Origin: an uncultured Acidimicrobiales bacterium
Lineage (GTDB): Bacteria; Actinomycetota; Acidimicrobiia; Acidimicrobiales; UBA10347
Direction: 5' to 3'
Assembly (NCBI GenBank): GCA_943788915.1
Contig: CALSSD010000005.1
Span: 558,001-622,000 of the forward strand
Length of the DNA: 64,000 nucleotides
Shown: piece by piece, positions 10,184-19,925 of the stretch
Layout of the letters: every line of letters begins with the position of its first letter
How positions within the stretch are numbered: position 1 is the first letter of the stretch
Made by a program: the position numbers and the translations under genes
Notes under the pieces: model-generated
Told to the model about the DNA's origin: nothing
Seen by the model: only the letters and a program-made list of their open reading frames with translations
Databases searched by the model: none

Positions 10184-11157
10184 GCGCCCGACCCTCCCAC
10201 TCGAATGCGGGGGTCAATCAGTCGATACACAATGTCGGTCAGCAGGTTCACGATCAGCACCAACACCGCAGAGATAAACAACACACCGAGTAGCACTGGT
10301 GCATCACGGCGCAGAACCGCGTCGAAGGCCAGCCGACCCAGGCCTGGCCAGTTAAAGACCGTTTCGACCACAAGTGCGCCCGACAGCAGCGACCCGAACT
10401 GCAAACCAGCAACGGTGACAACCGGAATCACCGCGTTGCGTAAGGCGTGTTTGTACACCACGACCTTTTCGCTCAGCCCTTTCGCTCGTGCGGTGCGCAC
10501 GAAGTCGGACTGCAAAACCTCGAGCATCGATGCTCGTGACAGCCTGCTGTATTGCGCCAGATACAACAGTGATAGCGAGAATGCTGGCAGTACCAGATGT
10601 CTGGCAACATCAAGTTGCGCCTGGAACCAGTTGCCCTCGAACCGCACGTCGCGCATACCTGCGACCGGTAAGAGGTCGAGGACCGAAGCGAACAGAATCA
10701 CCAACTCAAGGCCGGTAAAGAACACGGGTATCGAGAAGCCGACCAACGCCAACACGGTCAATGCATGGCTCCACCCGCTTTCCGGGCGGCGAGACGTGAA
10801 GACACCAACCAACACGCCAACAATGATGGCAAAGATCAGCGCCGTCCCGACCAACAACACGGTTGGCCAGATACGAGCCGAAATCAGTTCGGTCACCGGT
10901 TGGTTGAAGAAGAACGACTCGCCAAGGTCGCCGGTTGCGACCTTGCCTACATACCGGCCAACTTGACTAATGAACGGATCGTTGAGGCCGTAGTCCTCTC
11001 TGATCTGCTCGATCACTTCAGGATCACCCGCGCCGCTCTCGCCAGCAAGAACGACGGCAACATCGCCCGGCGCAAGCTGAATCAGGGTGAAGTTGAGGAC
11101 GATCACGGCCAGTAGTAGCCCGAGACTCCAGGCAACTCTGGTCGCAATCGCCCTCAT
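10180..11157 (-). CDS. ABC transporter permease (OppB/DppB-like)
   Basis: GDLGES, DFVRTARAKGL, HALRNA, VETVFNWPGLG. Confidence 0.92.
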   Translation of the reverse strand: MRAIATRVAWSLGLLLAVIVLNFTLIQLAPGDVAVVLAGESGAGDPEVIEQIREDYGLNDPFISQVGRYVGKVATGDLGESFFFNQPVTELISARIWPTVLLVGTALIFAIIVGVLVGVFTSRRPESGWSHALTVLALVGFSIPVFFTGLELVILFASVLDLLPVAGMRDVRFEGNWFQAQLDVARHLVLPAFSLSLLYLAQYSRLSRASMLEVLQSDFVRTARAKGLSEKVVVYKHALRNAVIPVVTVAGLQFGSLLSGALVVETVFNWPGLGRLAFDAVLRRDAPVLLGVLFISAVLVLIVNLLTDIVYRLIDPRIRVGGSGA

Positions 11158-11203
11158 ACTTAGTACTTCTTTCGTGAATTGATGGGGGTGTACGGAGTAA
11201 CGG

Positions 11204-12970
11204 CTACTCGTCGATCCATACGTCGAGCATCGGAGACATAAGGCCCCAAATGCCGACCGATGGATTCTGCACACTTGGATTGATTGCCTGCCAGAACGGC
11301 GGGTTGGTCAAGAAGTAGATCGGCACCTCGTCGGCGACGATGTCTTGGAATTCGCCGTAGAGAGCGATGCGCTCGTCACGGTCAAATGTCTTGCCAGCCT
11401 TGTCGAGCAATGCGTCAACTTCGGCATTTTCATAACCGGTGTTGTTGGTCCAGATTGCTCCGACACGGTTGTCGCTCAGGTAGGTGCGGTGCACACCAAT
11501 TACTGGGTCACCCCAGTTCCACACATTGTTCACGGTCAACTGGTGTTCGCCAGCAGCTACTCGACCAGCCCAGGTTGGGAAGTCGGGAGATACGTTCAGT
11601 TCGGCATTGATGCCAATGTCACCGAGCGCCTGCACGATGTACTCCGCATCGGCCTGCTGGCCTGGTGGGATGTAATCAACGGCAAGGCTGATCTCGCCCT
11701 CGGCATATCCGGCCTCGGCCAGAAGTGCCTTGGCGGCTTCGATGTCGACGTCGTAGTGCTCAGTGTCAGGATTGTGGAACGGGCTTGCCGCAACAATGCC
11801 GGTGGTCAGAGGGAACTGGGTGCCCTGCTGGATCACGTCGGCAAGGAAGTCGCGGTCAATGGCGTAACCAATCGCCTGACGAACCCGAACGTCTGACAGG
11901 ATCGGATCGGCAACGTTGAATTCGAGCCAGGTGACCTGACCAATGGCTTCGTGGCCCTGGGCGGTAACAACAACGTCTTCGTTGTCTTGGAGACGCAAGA
12001 TGTTTGCGGCTGCGCCGAGGCTGGCCGACACATGGGTTGTGCCATTCTCAAGCCCGAGAACGATCGAGTTTGGATCAGGCGTGATCTCGATGATGATCTC
12101 GTCGAGGTATGGGCGCTCAGGAATGAAGAAGTCTTCGAACTTCTCCATACGAATGATCGAGCCAGCTTCGTACTCGGTCAAACGGAACGGACCGGAACCA
12201 ACGAAATCCTCGGTGTTGCGAGGGTGGGTCTTCAAGTCTTGGCCGTCGTCAAAGATGTGCTTGGGGATGATCGGCAACAGGCCAGGTGACATCGCCAACA
12301 GGATCGCAGGGTGAGGCTGGCTCAACCGGACGATTGCGGTCTGCGGATCTGGTGTCTCGACATCGGAGACGGGTGCAAACATCGTCTTGAACGGATGGTT
12401 GTCACGTGCCGCCAACATGGAGAAGGCAACGTCTGCTGAGGTGATGGGTACACCGTCGTGGAAGACGGCGCCTTCGACCAGGTTCAGCGTGACCGAGAGG
12501 CCATCTTCGGCAACCTCCCAGCTCTCTGCCAGGTATGGCTGGGGGTTGAACTCATCGTCGAACAACAATGGGCTGGCGTTTAGCTGCGTGCCAGGAACAG
12601 CGGTTGCATAACCCGACTGCACAACACCATTGAGGTGGCGAGGCACCTGGGTACTGCCCAAAACGAGCGTGCCACCAGGAACGGGATCGCCACTTGCGAC
12701 CGCAGATTCTTCGACATCGTCGGAGCCCAGTTCTTCAAGCTCTTCCTCATCAAGCGTCGTGTCGACTGCCTGCTGATCGTCAGTGTCCTCTTCGGCCTCA
12801 GGCTCTTCAGCTTCAGCCTCAGCCTCAGGCTCGTCTTCGGCCTCTGTAGTAGTCGTGGTGTCTGAATCACTCGCTTCTTCAGTATCACTGTCGCTACCAC
12901 CGCATGCGGCCGCAAACAGCGAAACACTCAAAACGAGCGCAAACATCATCAGAAGTTTCTGACGTATCAT
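11204..12970 (-). CDS. ABC transporter substrate-binding lipoprotein (family 5)
   Basis: Lipobox FAAAC, acidic linker, LAESWEV, FHDGVPITSADV, VGSGPF, RVRQAIGYAIDR. Confidence 0.9.
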   Translation of the reverse strand: MIRQKLLMMFALVLSVSLFAAACGGSDSDTEEASDSDTTTTTEAEDEPEAEAEAEEPEAEEDTDDQQAVDTTLDEEELEELGSDDVEESAVASGDPVPGGTLVLGSTQVPRHLNGVVQSGYATAVPGTQLNASPLLFDDEFNPQPYLAESWEVAEDGLSVTLNLVEGAVFHDGVPITSADVAFSMLAARDNHPFKTMFAPVSDVETPDPQTAIVRLSQPHPAILLAMSPGLLPIIPKHIFDDGQDLKTHPRNTEDFVGSGPFRLTEYEAGSIIRMEKFEDFFIPERPYLDEIIIEITPDPNSIVLGLENGTTHVSASLGAAANILRLQDNEDVVVTAQGHEAIGQVTWLEFNVADPILSDVRVRQAIGYAIDRDFLADVIQQGTQFPLTTGIVAASPFHNPDTEHYDVDIEAAKALLAEAGYAEGEISLAVDYIPPGQQADAEYIVQALGDIGINAELNVSPDFPTWAGRVAAGEHQLTVNNVWNWGDPVIGVHRTYLSDNRVGAIWTNNTGYENAEVDALLDKAGKTFDRDERIALYGEFQDIVADEVPIYFLTNPPFWQAINPSVQNPSVGIWGLMSPMLDVWIDE

Positions 12971-13206
12971 GCTTTCTCCCTCTCAAGCCAAACGTGCGCG
13001 CACAGTGCGCGCAGTTCATGCTCTTTTCCTTCGGGGAACATACCACAGGCCATATTGCCGCCGCATTAACGCTGCCCCTCTGGGCCAGAACCGAGTGGGG
13101 GTGGTGGCCCGTCGCTTTCGCCCAGGCACGCAGACACCCACCCGTCTCGGCTTGATCACACCCACGTGCACTAAAATCGGCGACCGACCGACTTCTTGTG
13201 CGAACC

Positions 13207-13806
13207 ATGACCCGCTTCTGCCCGACGCCCAGGTCCCGCCTCGACCCTCAAAGATGTGCGCACCAAGTTGATCGACGCGGGCGCCAAACTCTTACGTGAG
13301 CGCGGTGCCGAGCCGAGCCGAGACACAACATGCGATCAACGCTGCGATCACCGCCGAACTCGAACGACATGAACAGCAGCTCACGGCTGGATCGACTGCC
13401 CAGCGCACTGCGGCTCTGCGGCTCTGCGTTCTATTATCCGCGTCGGAGCGAATACGAGTTACCAAACATCATCGAGGCCCCAGAACGAGCGTTACTTTCC
13501 GCCGTGTATGGATCGCTGCGGTCATCACCTGCGCCACCGGATTGGCGACACGATGCGTTATCACAGGCTGAACGGCATGTGAACGTCACTATGGAACAGT
13601 TCACGGCCGCTGGCATATCACTCGTCGAAGGAATTGCCATGCGCCGCAGCTTCAACGATCAGATCACCATGATCGACCGTCCGACCGGCCCTGGCGGAAC
13701 CATCGAAAAGTGGAGCCTATTCGCCATGGCTTTCGAGGCCTTGTTCATGGGTTTCCGTGAACCAATCGACCCGACAACACCGTTCGCCGACCTCACCGCG
13801 TACTGA
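13207..13806 (+). pseudogene. Fragmented TetR-like regulator remnant
   Basis: KDVRTKLIDAGAKLLRERG (TetR helix 1) is out of frame with the ATG; the HTH is missing; later segments lie in two other frames. Confidence 0.5.
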
Positions 13807-13998
13807 CTGTCATATCGCTTGATTGACCAGGCCCGACGGCGTTTCTGACCCACATACGGGCCAGTTATGACGATCAGATAGAGACCGGTATGCAGGCGAG
13901 CTCGGGAAGAAAGCGCGTTCTTGCGTCATCTCAACTTCCCTTCGAGGGGTCTTGCGACCTAGCGTGTTAGAACCGTCTCTTACTTTGGAGTTCTCGCG

Positions 13999-15171
13999 AT
14001 GCGCGAAGCAGTATTCGTTTCCTACGCCCGAACCGGCCTGGCCAAGGCTGGCCGCGGCGGGTTCAATATGACCCCCGCCATGTCGATGGCAGCTCACGCC
14101 ATCAAACATGCGGTCGCCAAGTCCGGCGTTGATCCAGCAGATGTCGAAGATGTCGCGCTCGGCAACGGCGCACACGGCTCAGGCAACCTCGGTCGCCTCG
14201 CAAGCCTGCTCGCAGGCCTTCCTGTCGAGACCGGCGGCAACACCATCCAACGGCATTGTTCCTCTGGCCTCAACTCCATCGCCGTAGCCGCTAACCACAT
14301 CCGGGTTGACATGTCCGACGTCGTCGTCGCTGGTGGCGTCGAGTCAATCTCTATCCCAAGCCCCGGCATGGGCGGCGCGATCAATATGGATCCTGCCCTC
14401 GAAGAGCAGTACCCCGCCGTCTACATGGCCATGATTGAAACCGCCGACATCGTGGCTGACCGCTACAACGTGTCACGCGAGTCTCAAGACGAGTACAGCT
14501 TGCAGTCACAAATTCGCACCGCAGCTGCCCAAGAGAACGGCCTTTTCGAAGACGAAATCGTTCCCATGGACACCAAGATGAAGCTGGTTGATCGCGAAAC
14601 CAAGGAAGAGACGATTGTCGACTATGTCGTCGACCGCGACGAGTGCAACCGCCCAACGACCACCATCGAGGGCCTGCAGAAGTTGTCTCCTGTCCGAGGC
14701 GAGGGCAACTACATCACTGCTGGTAATGCCAGCCAGCTGTCCGACGGCGCTGCCGCTGTCGTCATGATGTCCGACGAGGAAGCGGCTCGCCGCAACATCG
14801 AACCAATGGGCGCATTCAAGGGTTGGGCTGTTGCCGGCTGCGAACCCGACGAAATGGGCATCGGTCCGATCTACGCCGTTCCAAAGCTGCTCAAGCGCCA
14901 CGGCCTGACCGTCGACGACATCGACATTTGGGAACTCAACGAGGCTTTCGCCAGCCAGTGTCTCTATAGCCGTGACACGCTGGGTATCGACCCCGAAAAG
15001 TACAACGTCAACGGCGGCTCGATCTCCATTGGTCACCCGTTCGGCATGACCGGCACCCGTTGCGCAGGTCACCTCCTGCAAGAAGGCAAACGTCGGGGTG
15101 CCAAGTACGGCGTTGTCACCATGTGTATCGGTGGCGGCCAGGGCGCAGCCGGTCTCATCGAGATCTACTGA
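13999..15171 (+). CDS. Acetyl-CoA C-acyltransferase (thiolase)
   Basis: RHCSSGL, NEAFA, GHPFG, CIGGGQG. Confidence 0.95.
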   Translation: MREAVFVSYARTGLAKAGRGGFNMTPAMSMAAHAIKHAVAKSGVDPADVEDVALGNGAHGSGNLGRLASLLAGLPVETGGNTIQRHCSSGLNSIAVAANHIRVDMSDVVVAGGVESISIPSPGMGGAINMDPALEEQYPAVYMAMIETADIVADRYNVSRESQDEYSLQSQIRTAAAQENGLFEDEIVPMDTKMKLVDRETKEETIVDYVVDRDECNRPTTTIEGLQKLSPVRGEGNYITAGNASQLSDGAAAVVMMSDEEAARRNIEPMGAFKGWAVAGCEPDEMGIGPIYAVPKLLKRHGLTVDDIDIWELNEAFASQCLYSRDTLGIDPEKYNVNGGSISIGHPFGMTGTRCAGHLLQEGKRRGAKYGVVTMCIGGGQGAAGLIEIY

Positions 15172-15234
15172 CGTCAACACTGCTGTCACTCTGACAGCAA
15201 CAACCACTTCGCCATAGTGTTGGTGAGAATTGGA

Positions 15235-15264
15235 CAGTAGCCCGGGGTTCGCCCCGGGCTACTG
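15235..15264 (+). terminator. Strong hairpin after thiolase
   Basis: CAGTAGCCCGGGG-TTCG-CCCCGGGCTACTG, perfect 13-bp stem. Confidence 0.75.
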
Positions 15265-15428
15265 CGCGTTATGGCACCAAGACCCAGTGGCTAGCTAACG
15301 AATACCCATCTCTTCACTGGATACTTTTGCCTGCTCCTGAACACGATAGTGAGCCCGCAACTCCTCAATTTGTTTCTGCGAACGCCGATCGGGAAGTAGC
15401 AGGTGCTGCGCACCCTGTCAGGAGCCTC

Positions 15429-16558
15429 ATGTCAGATGACCCAACCCTTGACTCGACCGTCGCAATCACTTTTCCAGGCCAGCCGCTGATCTTCGCTGTG
15501 CCGGTTTTGGTCATCCTCACCATGGTCGCGATCGTCGTAATCCAAAAGTCACGCCATCGGACTGCAGCCGCCGCTGCTTGGGCATCGGCTAGTAACGAAC
15601 TTGGTATCCAGTTCGTCGGTGACGGCAGCAAGCTTGGTCCGGTCGCCCGGGGTCAGGTGAAGTCTCATGTGGTTCCGATAACCCCGGTGCACAAAGGCGA
15701 CAAGAAGCAGATCGTGACCCAATTCAGCGTCAAGTTCGCAGCATCCGAGGCCCCGAAGTTCAAACTCGTCAAACGCATGAGCGATAGCTCGTCTACCGTC
15801 GATACCGGAAACCCGAAGTTCGATGCCGTGGTGACTGTGCAAACCGATGAGCCTGATCTCTTGAGCCGCTACCTCACCGGTTCTCACCGGGCCGCAATTC
15901 TTCGGTTGTTGACGTACTGGCCATCGGCTCAGATCACCAACCGCGACGCGCACCTGTTGACCAGCGGCATTGAACGGAACCACGACAAACTCGTCGACTC
16001 GATCTGCCATCTGGTTGCGTCCGCGGAAACCTTCGACCGCCCGACTCACACCGCCGACGTAACACCTGCCGAGACGCAGGAGTACATCGCGAACACCGAA
16101 CCGCAACACAGTGATGTCGTTGCGGAACAGCACCCAGAAGACACAACCGATGTCGGTGCTCTCATCGATGCACCAGTTTTCTCCGCGCAAGACGACCAGC
16201 GGGTGAACGGCGAGAGCCGTCTGGTCACCAACTTGGGCCTTGATGAAGCGACCGTGCTGAACGAACTCTTCAGCTCAGGGCTTGATCCGTCCGGCATCTC
16301 GGCTCGCTTTCAGCAGGTCTACCAGGGCCACAAGGTCACGTGTACAGGTGAGGTGGTCCGGGTCGGATCAGCCGAGCGTGGCGCGCAACGAGTTGCAGCG
16401 TTCATTGGTTCGGCCGATGGAGTGAACGTCGATTCGGGCCGAGTGGTTGCGTTGACCACATCAAGTCTGAGCCTGTCGTCTGCGAAGGAGACGTTGTTGC
16501 GTTCTCCGGTTCGCTCGTAAAACTCGATGCATCACAACGCCTGTTCCACGTCGCATAG
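15429..16558 (+). CDS. Hypothetical single-pass membrane protein, probable frameshift near 16457
   Basis: AGGAG RBS before ATG 15429; TM segment LIFAVPVLVILTMVAIVVI; an alternative frame continues IKSEPVVCEGDVVAFSGSLVKLDASQRLFHVA*. Confidence 0.6.
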
Positions 16559-16580
16559 GGCCAGCACAAGTGGCCGCTGA

Positions 16581-17789
16581 TCAGCCGGGCCCTGGCGCCC
16601 CAACCGGCCGGGCCAGAGTTGACGGCCCACATGTCGGGTCGCTCACAGCAATGTCGACGGCGCGGTAGTGGGCGTTGGCTGCAACCTCCCCCAAGAAGCT
16701 CGTGGCACAGCGAGGATTGAAATAGGTACGCAACAGCGTGTCGGTTGTGTGCACCGCGACGATCTCTGCTGGCCCGACCCGACGAGCGTTAGCGTTGTAG
16801 AAGACCGCGTCTGGCTGCGGAACGTGCTGCACAGCCCCCTGTACCTCGACGAACACGGGAGGTGGAGCGATAAAGGCCTGCGCATTCGGTCGGGCATAAC
16901 CATCGATCTCATCGGTGATGACCACGATGATGTGGTTCTGCAATTCGGCGACCTGGGGCCACCCCTGACGTTTGACGGCATCGAGGAGTGTGGCCGATTC
17001 ACCGGCTCGGGACTGAAACATCGCTGGCGTGTAGAGGCGAGTACCAAGTGCATCGAGGAGCACCTGGTCAAAGGCGTCGGCGGTGTGCACGTCATCAAAA
17101 CCGTCCTTCATATCAATGAAGATCGTGAGCGGGTCTGCCGTATCCAAGGCAGCGACGGCAACGAGTCCTTCGCTCAACACCTCGTATTCGCGAAACGACA
17201 CGCCCAGCTCGTGATAGACGTGCCACCTGGGCAGAACCCGCTCATCCACGCTCCCCGCACCTAACCAGGGGCTGACCAATCCAGGCTCGAGCGGTGCAAA
17301 AACTTCGCCAGCTGGCTGGTGGTGAACGTCGAGTTCGAAGCTCCGGACGCCTTGGTCAAAGACCACCTGGACTCCCCCGCGAACGTGGTAGGAGTTGTGG
17401 CTCGAGAGTTGGTGAACCTGATCCCACGGATGGGTTGGAACCGCATCCCACTGCGCGGCGTGCACCTCGAGTGATGTTGAGGTCACGGTCGTTCCCGGAA
17501 CCGGGACCGGAGTCCGCACTGGGTGTGGCAAGTCACGCCAGTCAAATACCCGGGCGAACGAGAGCCGCATATTCTTGAGCTGGTCAGCAGCCCAGTCAAT
17601 CCGATCAGCCAACCGGCCAAAGTCGTGGGCAATGTCATGGAGCGCTGGTGCACACACCACCGGCAAATCTGCAAGCAACTCCGCCTGGATTACGCAGTAG
17701 TGCGCATCGTCAACCAGGTCGGCCCCGGCTCGTAGTCGTCCGGTGAACTCACTAACACGATCGACGTCCATTCCCAGAAAGCTCACCAC
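16581..17789 (-). CDS. PI-PLC-like phosphodiesterase with N-terminal helical domain
   Basis: SSHNSY, QGVRSFELDVH, VYH, IFIDMK, WPQVAELQNHIIVV. Confidence 0.7.
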   Translation of the reverse strand: MVSFLGMDVDRVSEFTGRLRAGADLVDDAHYCVIQAELLADLPVVCAPALHDIAHDFGRLADRIDWAADQLKNMRLSFARVFDWRDLPHPVRTPVPVPGTTVTSTSLEVHAAQWDAVPTHPWDQVHQLSSHNSYHVRGGVQVVFDQGVRSFELDVHHQPAGEVFAPLEPGLVSPWLGAGSVDERVLPRWHVYHELGVSFREYEVLSEGLVAVAALDTADPLTIFIDMKDGFDDVHTADAFDQVLLDALGTRLYTPAMFQSRAGESATLLDAVKRQGWPQVAELQNHIIVVITDEIDGYARPNAQAFIAPPPVFVEVQGAVQHVPQPDAVFYNANARRVGPAEIVAVHTTDTLLRTYFNPRCATSFLGEVAANAHYRAVDIAVSDPTCGPSTLARPVGAPGPG

Positions 17790-17887
17790 GGCACGTTACG
17801 CGCGCCGTAAATTACCTGTCAATGCTTTTCATGCAATTTGCTACAGCAACAGTGCGGAGGATTCAAGGGTGCTGGAGAGCGGATCTG

Positions 17888-19918
17888 CTACGAGTCGACA
17901 GCGGCAGGCGACACCTCGTCGTCGAGGATGACCAGCACCTGACCGTTGTCGACCTGATCACCAACAGCACAGCGAACCTCGACCACAACACTGTTCGTTG
18001 GAGCAGTAATCGTGTGCTCCATCTTCATGGCCTCCATGATCACCAACGGCTGTCCTGCGTTCACCTGGTCGCCAGATGCAACATGGACGGTCAGCACCTT
18101 GCCCGGCATAGGAGCTGTCTGTCCCCCGCTCACCGCGACCAATCCGTAATCAGGGAACCGGGCAGCCTGTTCAAGTTCGATCGTGCCAGCGGGACTCTGC
18201 ACAACCAGACTGTTGTTGGTCGGGGTAACCCGGTGAGGAGTCCGGACACCGTCGGCTTCGATCGTGATGGTTCCGTTGTCGAGCTGCACGTCGACCACAC
18301 GAACCTGAGCTGGCGTGCCTGCCGGTTGGTCGTTGATCAGCAACTCGACCTCAAAAACACCACCGCGGTGCGCTTGGTACCGCACCGTCACGGTGTGATC
18401 GCCGTGTGTGAATGTCTGTGTCTCGGGCGGCATTGATGAGTTCCGGTAACCGCGGGGGAGGAAACCAAGCACACCGGCACTGGACCGATTGACCTCTTGA
18501 CCAAACATCGCAGCTGCAGTCGCTGCCTGCGTGAGCAGCGCGTCGTTGACCGTTACCGACGTCCGGGGTTGGACGCGGTCGATGAAGTCTGTTGTGGTAT
18601 CTCCCGCAAGGAAAGCTTCGTGGCGCAATGTGGCAACAAGGAAGTCTCGGTTCGTCGTCACGCCAGCAATTGCCATGGTGTCCAGCACGAGCGCGAGTCG
18701 AGAAGCAGCTTCGGTTCGTGTCGGTGCATGCACGATCACCTTGGCCAACATGGGATCGAAGTCGACGCCGACGACGGAACCAGTTTCGACACCGGTGTCG
18801 ATCCGTGCCACCGGCGATACGGGTGGCTCGAACACATGCAGGGTGCCGATTACCGGCAAGAAGTTATTCGCAGGGTCTTCGGCGTAAAGTCGGGCCTCGA
18901 TCGCATGGCCGCTGATCGTTAAGTCCGACTGGGCGAACCCCAGCGGCAGTCCAGATGCGACCCGCAGCTGTTCACGAATAAGGTCGACACCGGTTATCTC
19001 TTCGGTCACCGGATGTTCGACCTGGATTCGAGTATTGACCTCGAGGAACCAAAAGTCAGCGTCGGATCCCTCGCCATCGAGAAGGAACTCAACCGTTCCT
19101 GCTGATGAATACCCAATCGCTTGCGCTGCAGCCAGCGCTGCTTGACCCATGGCGTCGCGAACTAATGGGTCCAAGACGGGGCTCGGAGCCTCTTCGATGA
19201 TCTTCTGGTGACGGCGTTGGATGGAGCACTCGCGCTCGAACAAATGCACGAGCGAACCGTGCTGGTCACCCATAACTTGGATCTCAATATGGCGGGGAGC
19301 TGGTAAATATTTCTCCAAGAAGACAATGCCGTTGCCGAATGACGATGCGGCTTCGCGTTGGGCACCGGCGACCGCATCGATGAGTTCATCGGCAGACTCG
19401 ACGACGCGCATACCTTTGCCGCCACCACCCGCAGTGGCTTTCACCAGCACCGGATATCCGATCGTTGTCGCCGCGGCAAGCACGTCGAGTTCATCGGTCA
19501 CCTCGACCGACGGGAGCGTGGGTACGCCAGCCTCGACCATCAACGCTTTGGCTGCGAGCTTGTCACCCATGGATGCAATCGCATGCGGGGACGGACCAAC
19601 CCACGTCATGCCAGCGTCTATGACTGCCGTAGCGAAGTCTGCGTTCTCAGCCAGGAAGCCGTAGCCAGGGTGCACTGCGTCGGCACCGGTGGCCTGAGCA
19701 GCGGCAAGGACCTTGGCGACGTCGAGATACGACTCTGCTGGCGTGCGTCCCCGAAGGGCGACCGCCTGATGTGCTTCGCGCACAAATGGAGCGTCGGCAT
19801 CGCCGTCGGCGAAAACCGCGACGGTCTCGATACCCATGTCATGGGCACTACGGAAGATTCGTCGAGCGATTTCACCCCGGTTAGCGACCAAGAGTCGCCG
19901 TATCGGATGCTGCGTCAC
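17888..19918 (-). CDS. Acyl-CoA carboxylase alpha subunit (biotin carboxylase + BCCP), AccA2-like
   Basis: LVANRGEIA, HPGYGFLAEN, GGGGKGMR, RECSIQRRHQK, EAMKM biotin site; start approximate. Confidence 0.92.
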   Translation of the reverse strand: MTQHPIRRLLVANRGEIARRIFRSAHDMGIETVAVFADGDADAPFVREAHQAVALRGRTPAESYLDVAKVLAAAQATGADAVHPGYGFLAENADFATAVIDAGMTWVGPSPHAIASMGDKLAAKALMVEAGVPTLPSVEVTDELDVLAAATTIGYPVLVKATAGGGGKGMRVVESADELIDAVAGAQREAASSFGNGIVFLEKYLPAPRHIEIQVMGDQHGSLVHLFERECSIQRRHQKIIEEAPSPVLDPLVRDAMGQAALAAAQAIGYSSAGTVEFLLDGEGSDADFWFLEVNTRIQVEHPVTEEITGVDLIREQLRVASGLPLGFAQSDLTISGHAIEARLYAEDPANNFLPVIGTLHVFEPPVSPVARIDTGVETGSVVGVDFDPMLAKVIVHAPTRTEAASRLALVLDTMAIAGVTTNRDFLVATLRHEAFLAGDTTTDFIDRVQPRTSVTVNDALLTQAATAAAMFGQEVNRSSAGVLGFLPRGYRNSSMPPETQTFTHGDHTVTVRYQAHRGGVFEVELLINDQPAGTPAQVRVVDVQLDNGTITIEADGVRTPHRVTPTNNSLVVQSPAGTIELEQAARFPDYGLVAVSGGQTAPMPGKVLTVHVASGDQVNAGQPLVIMEAMKMEHTITAPTNSVVVEVRCAVGDQVDNGQVLVILDDEVSPAAVDS

Positions 19919-19925
19919 TACTGGT

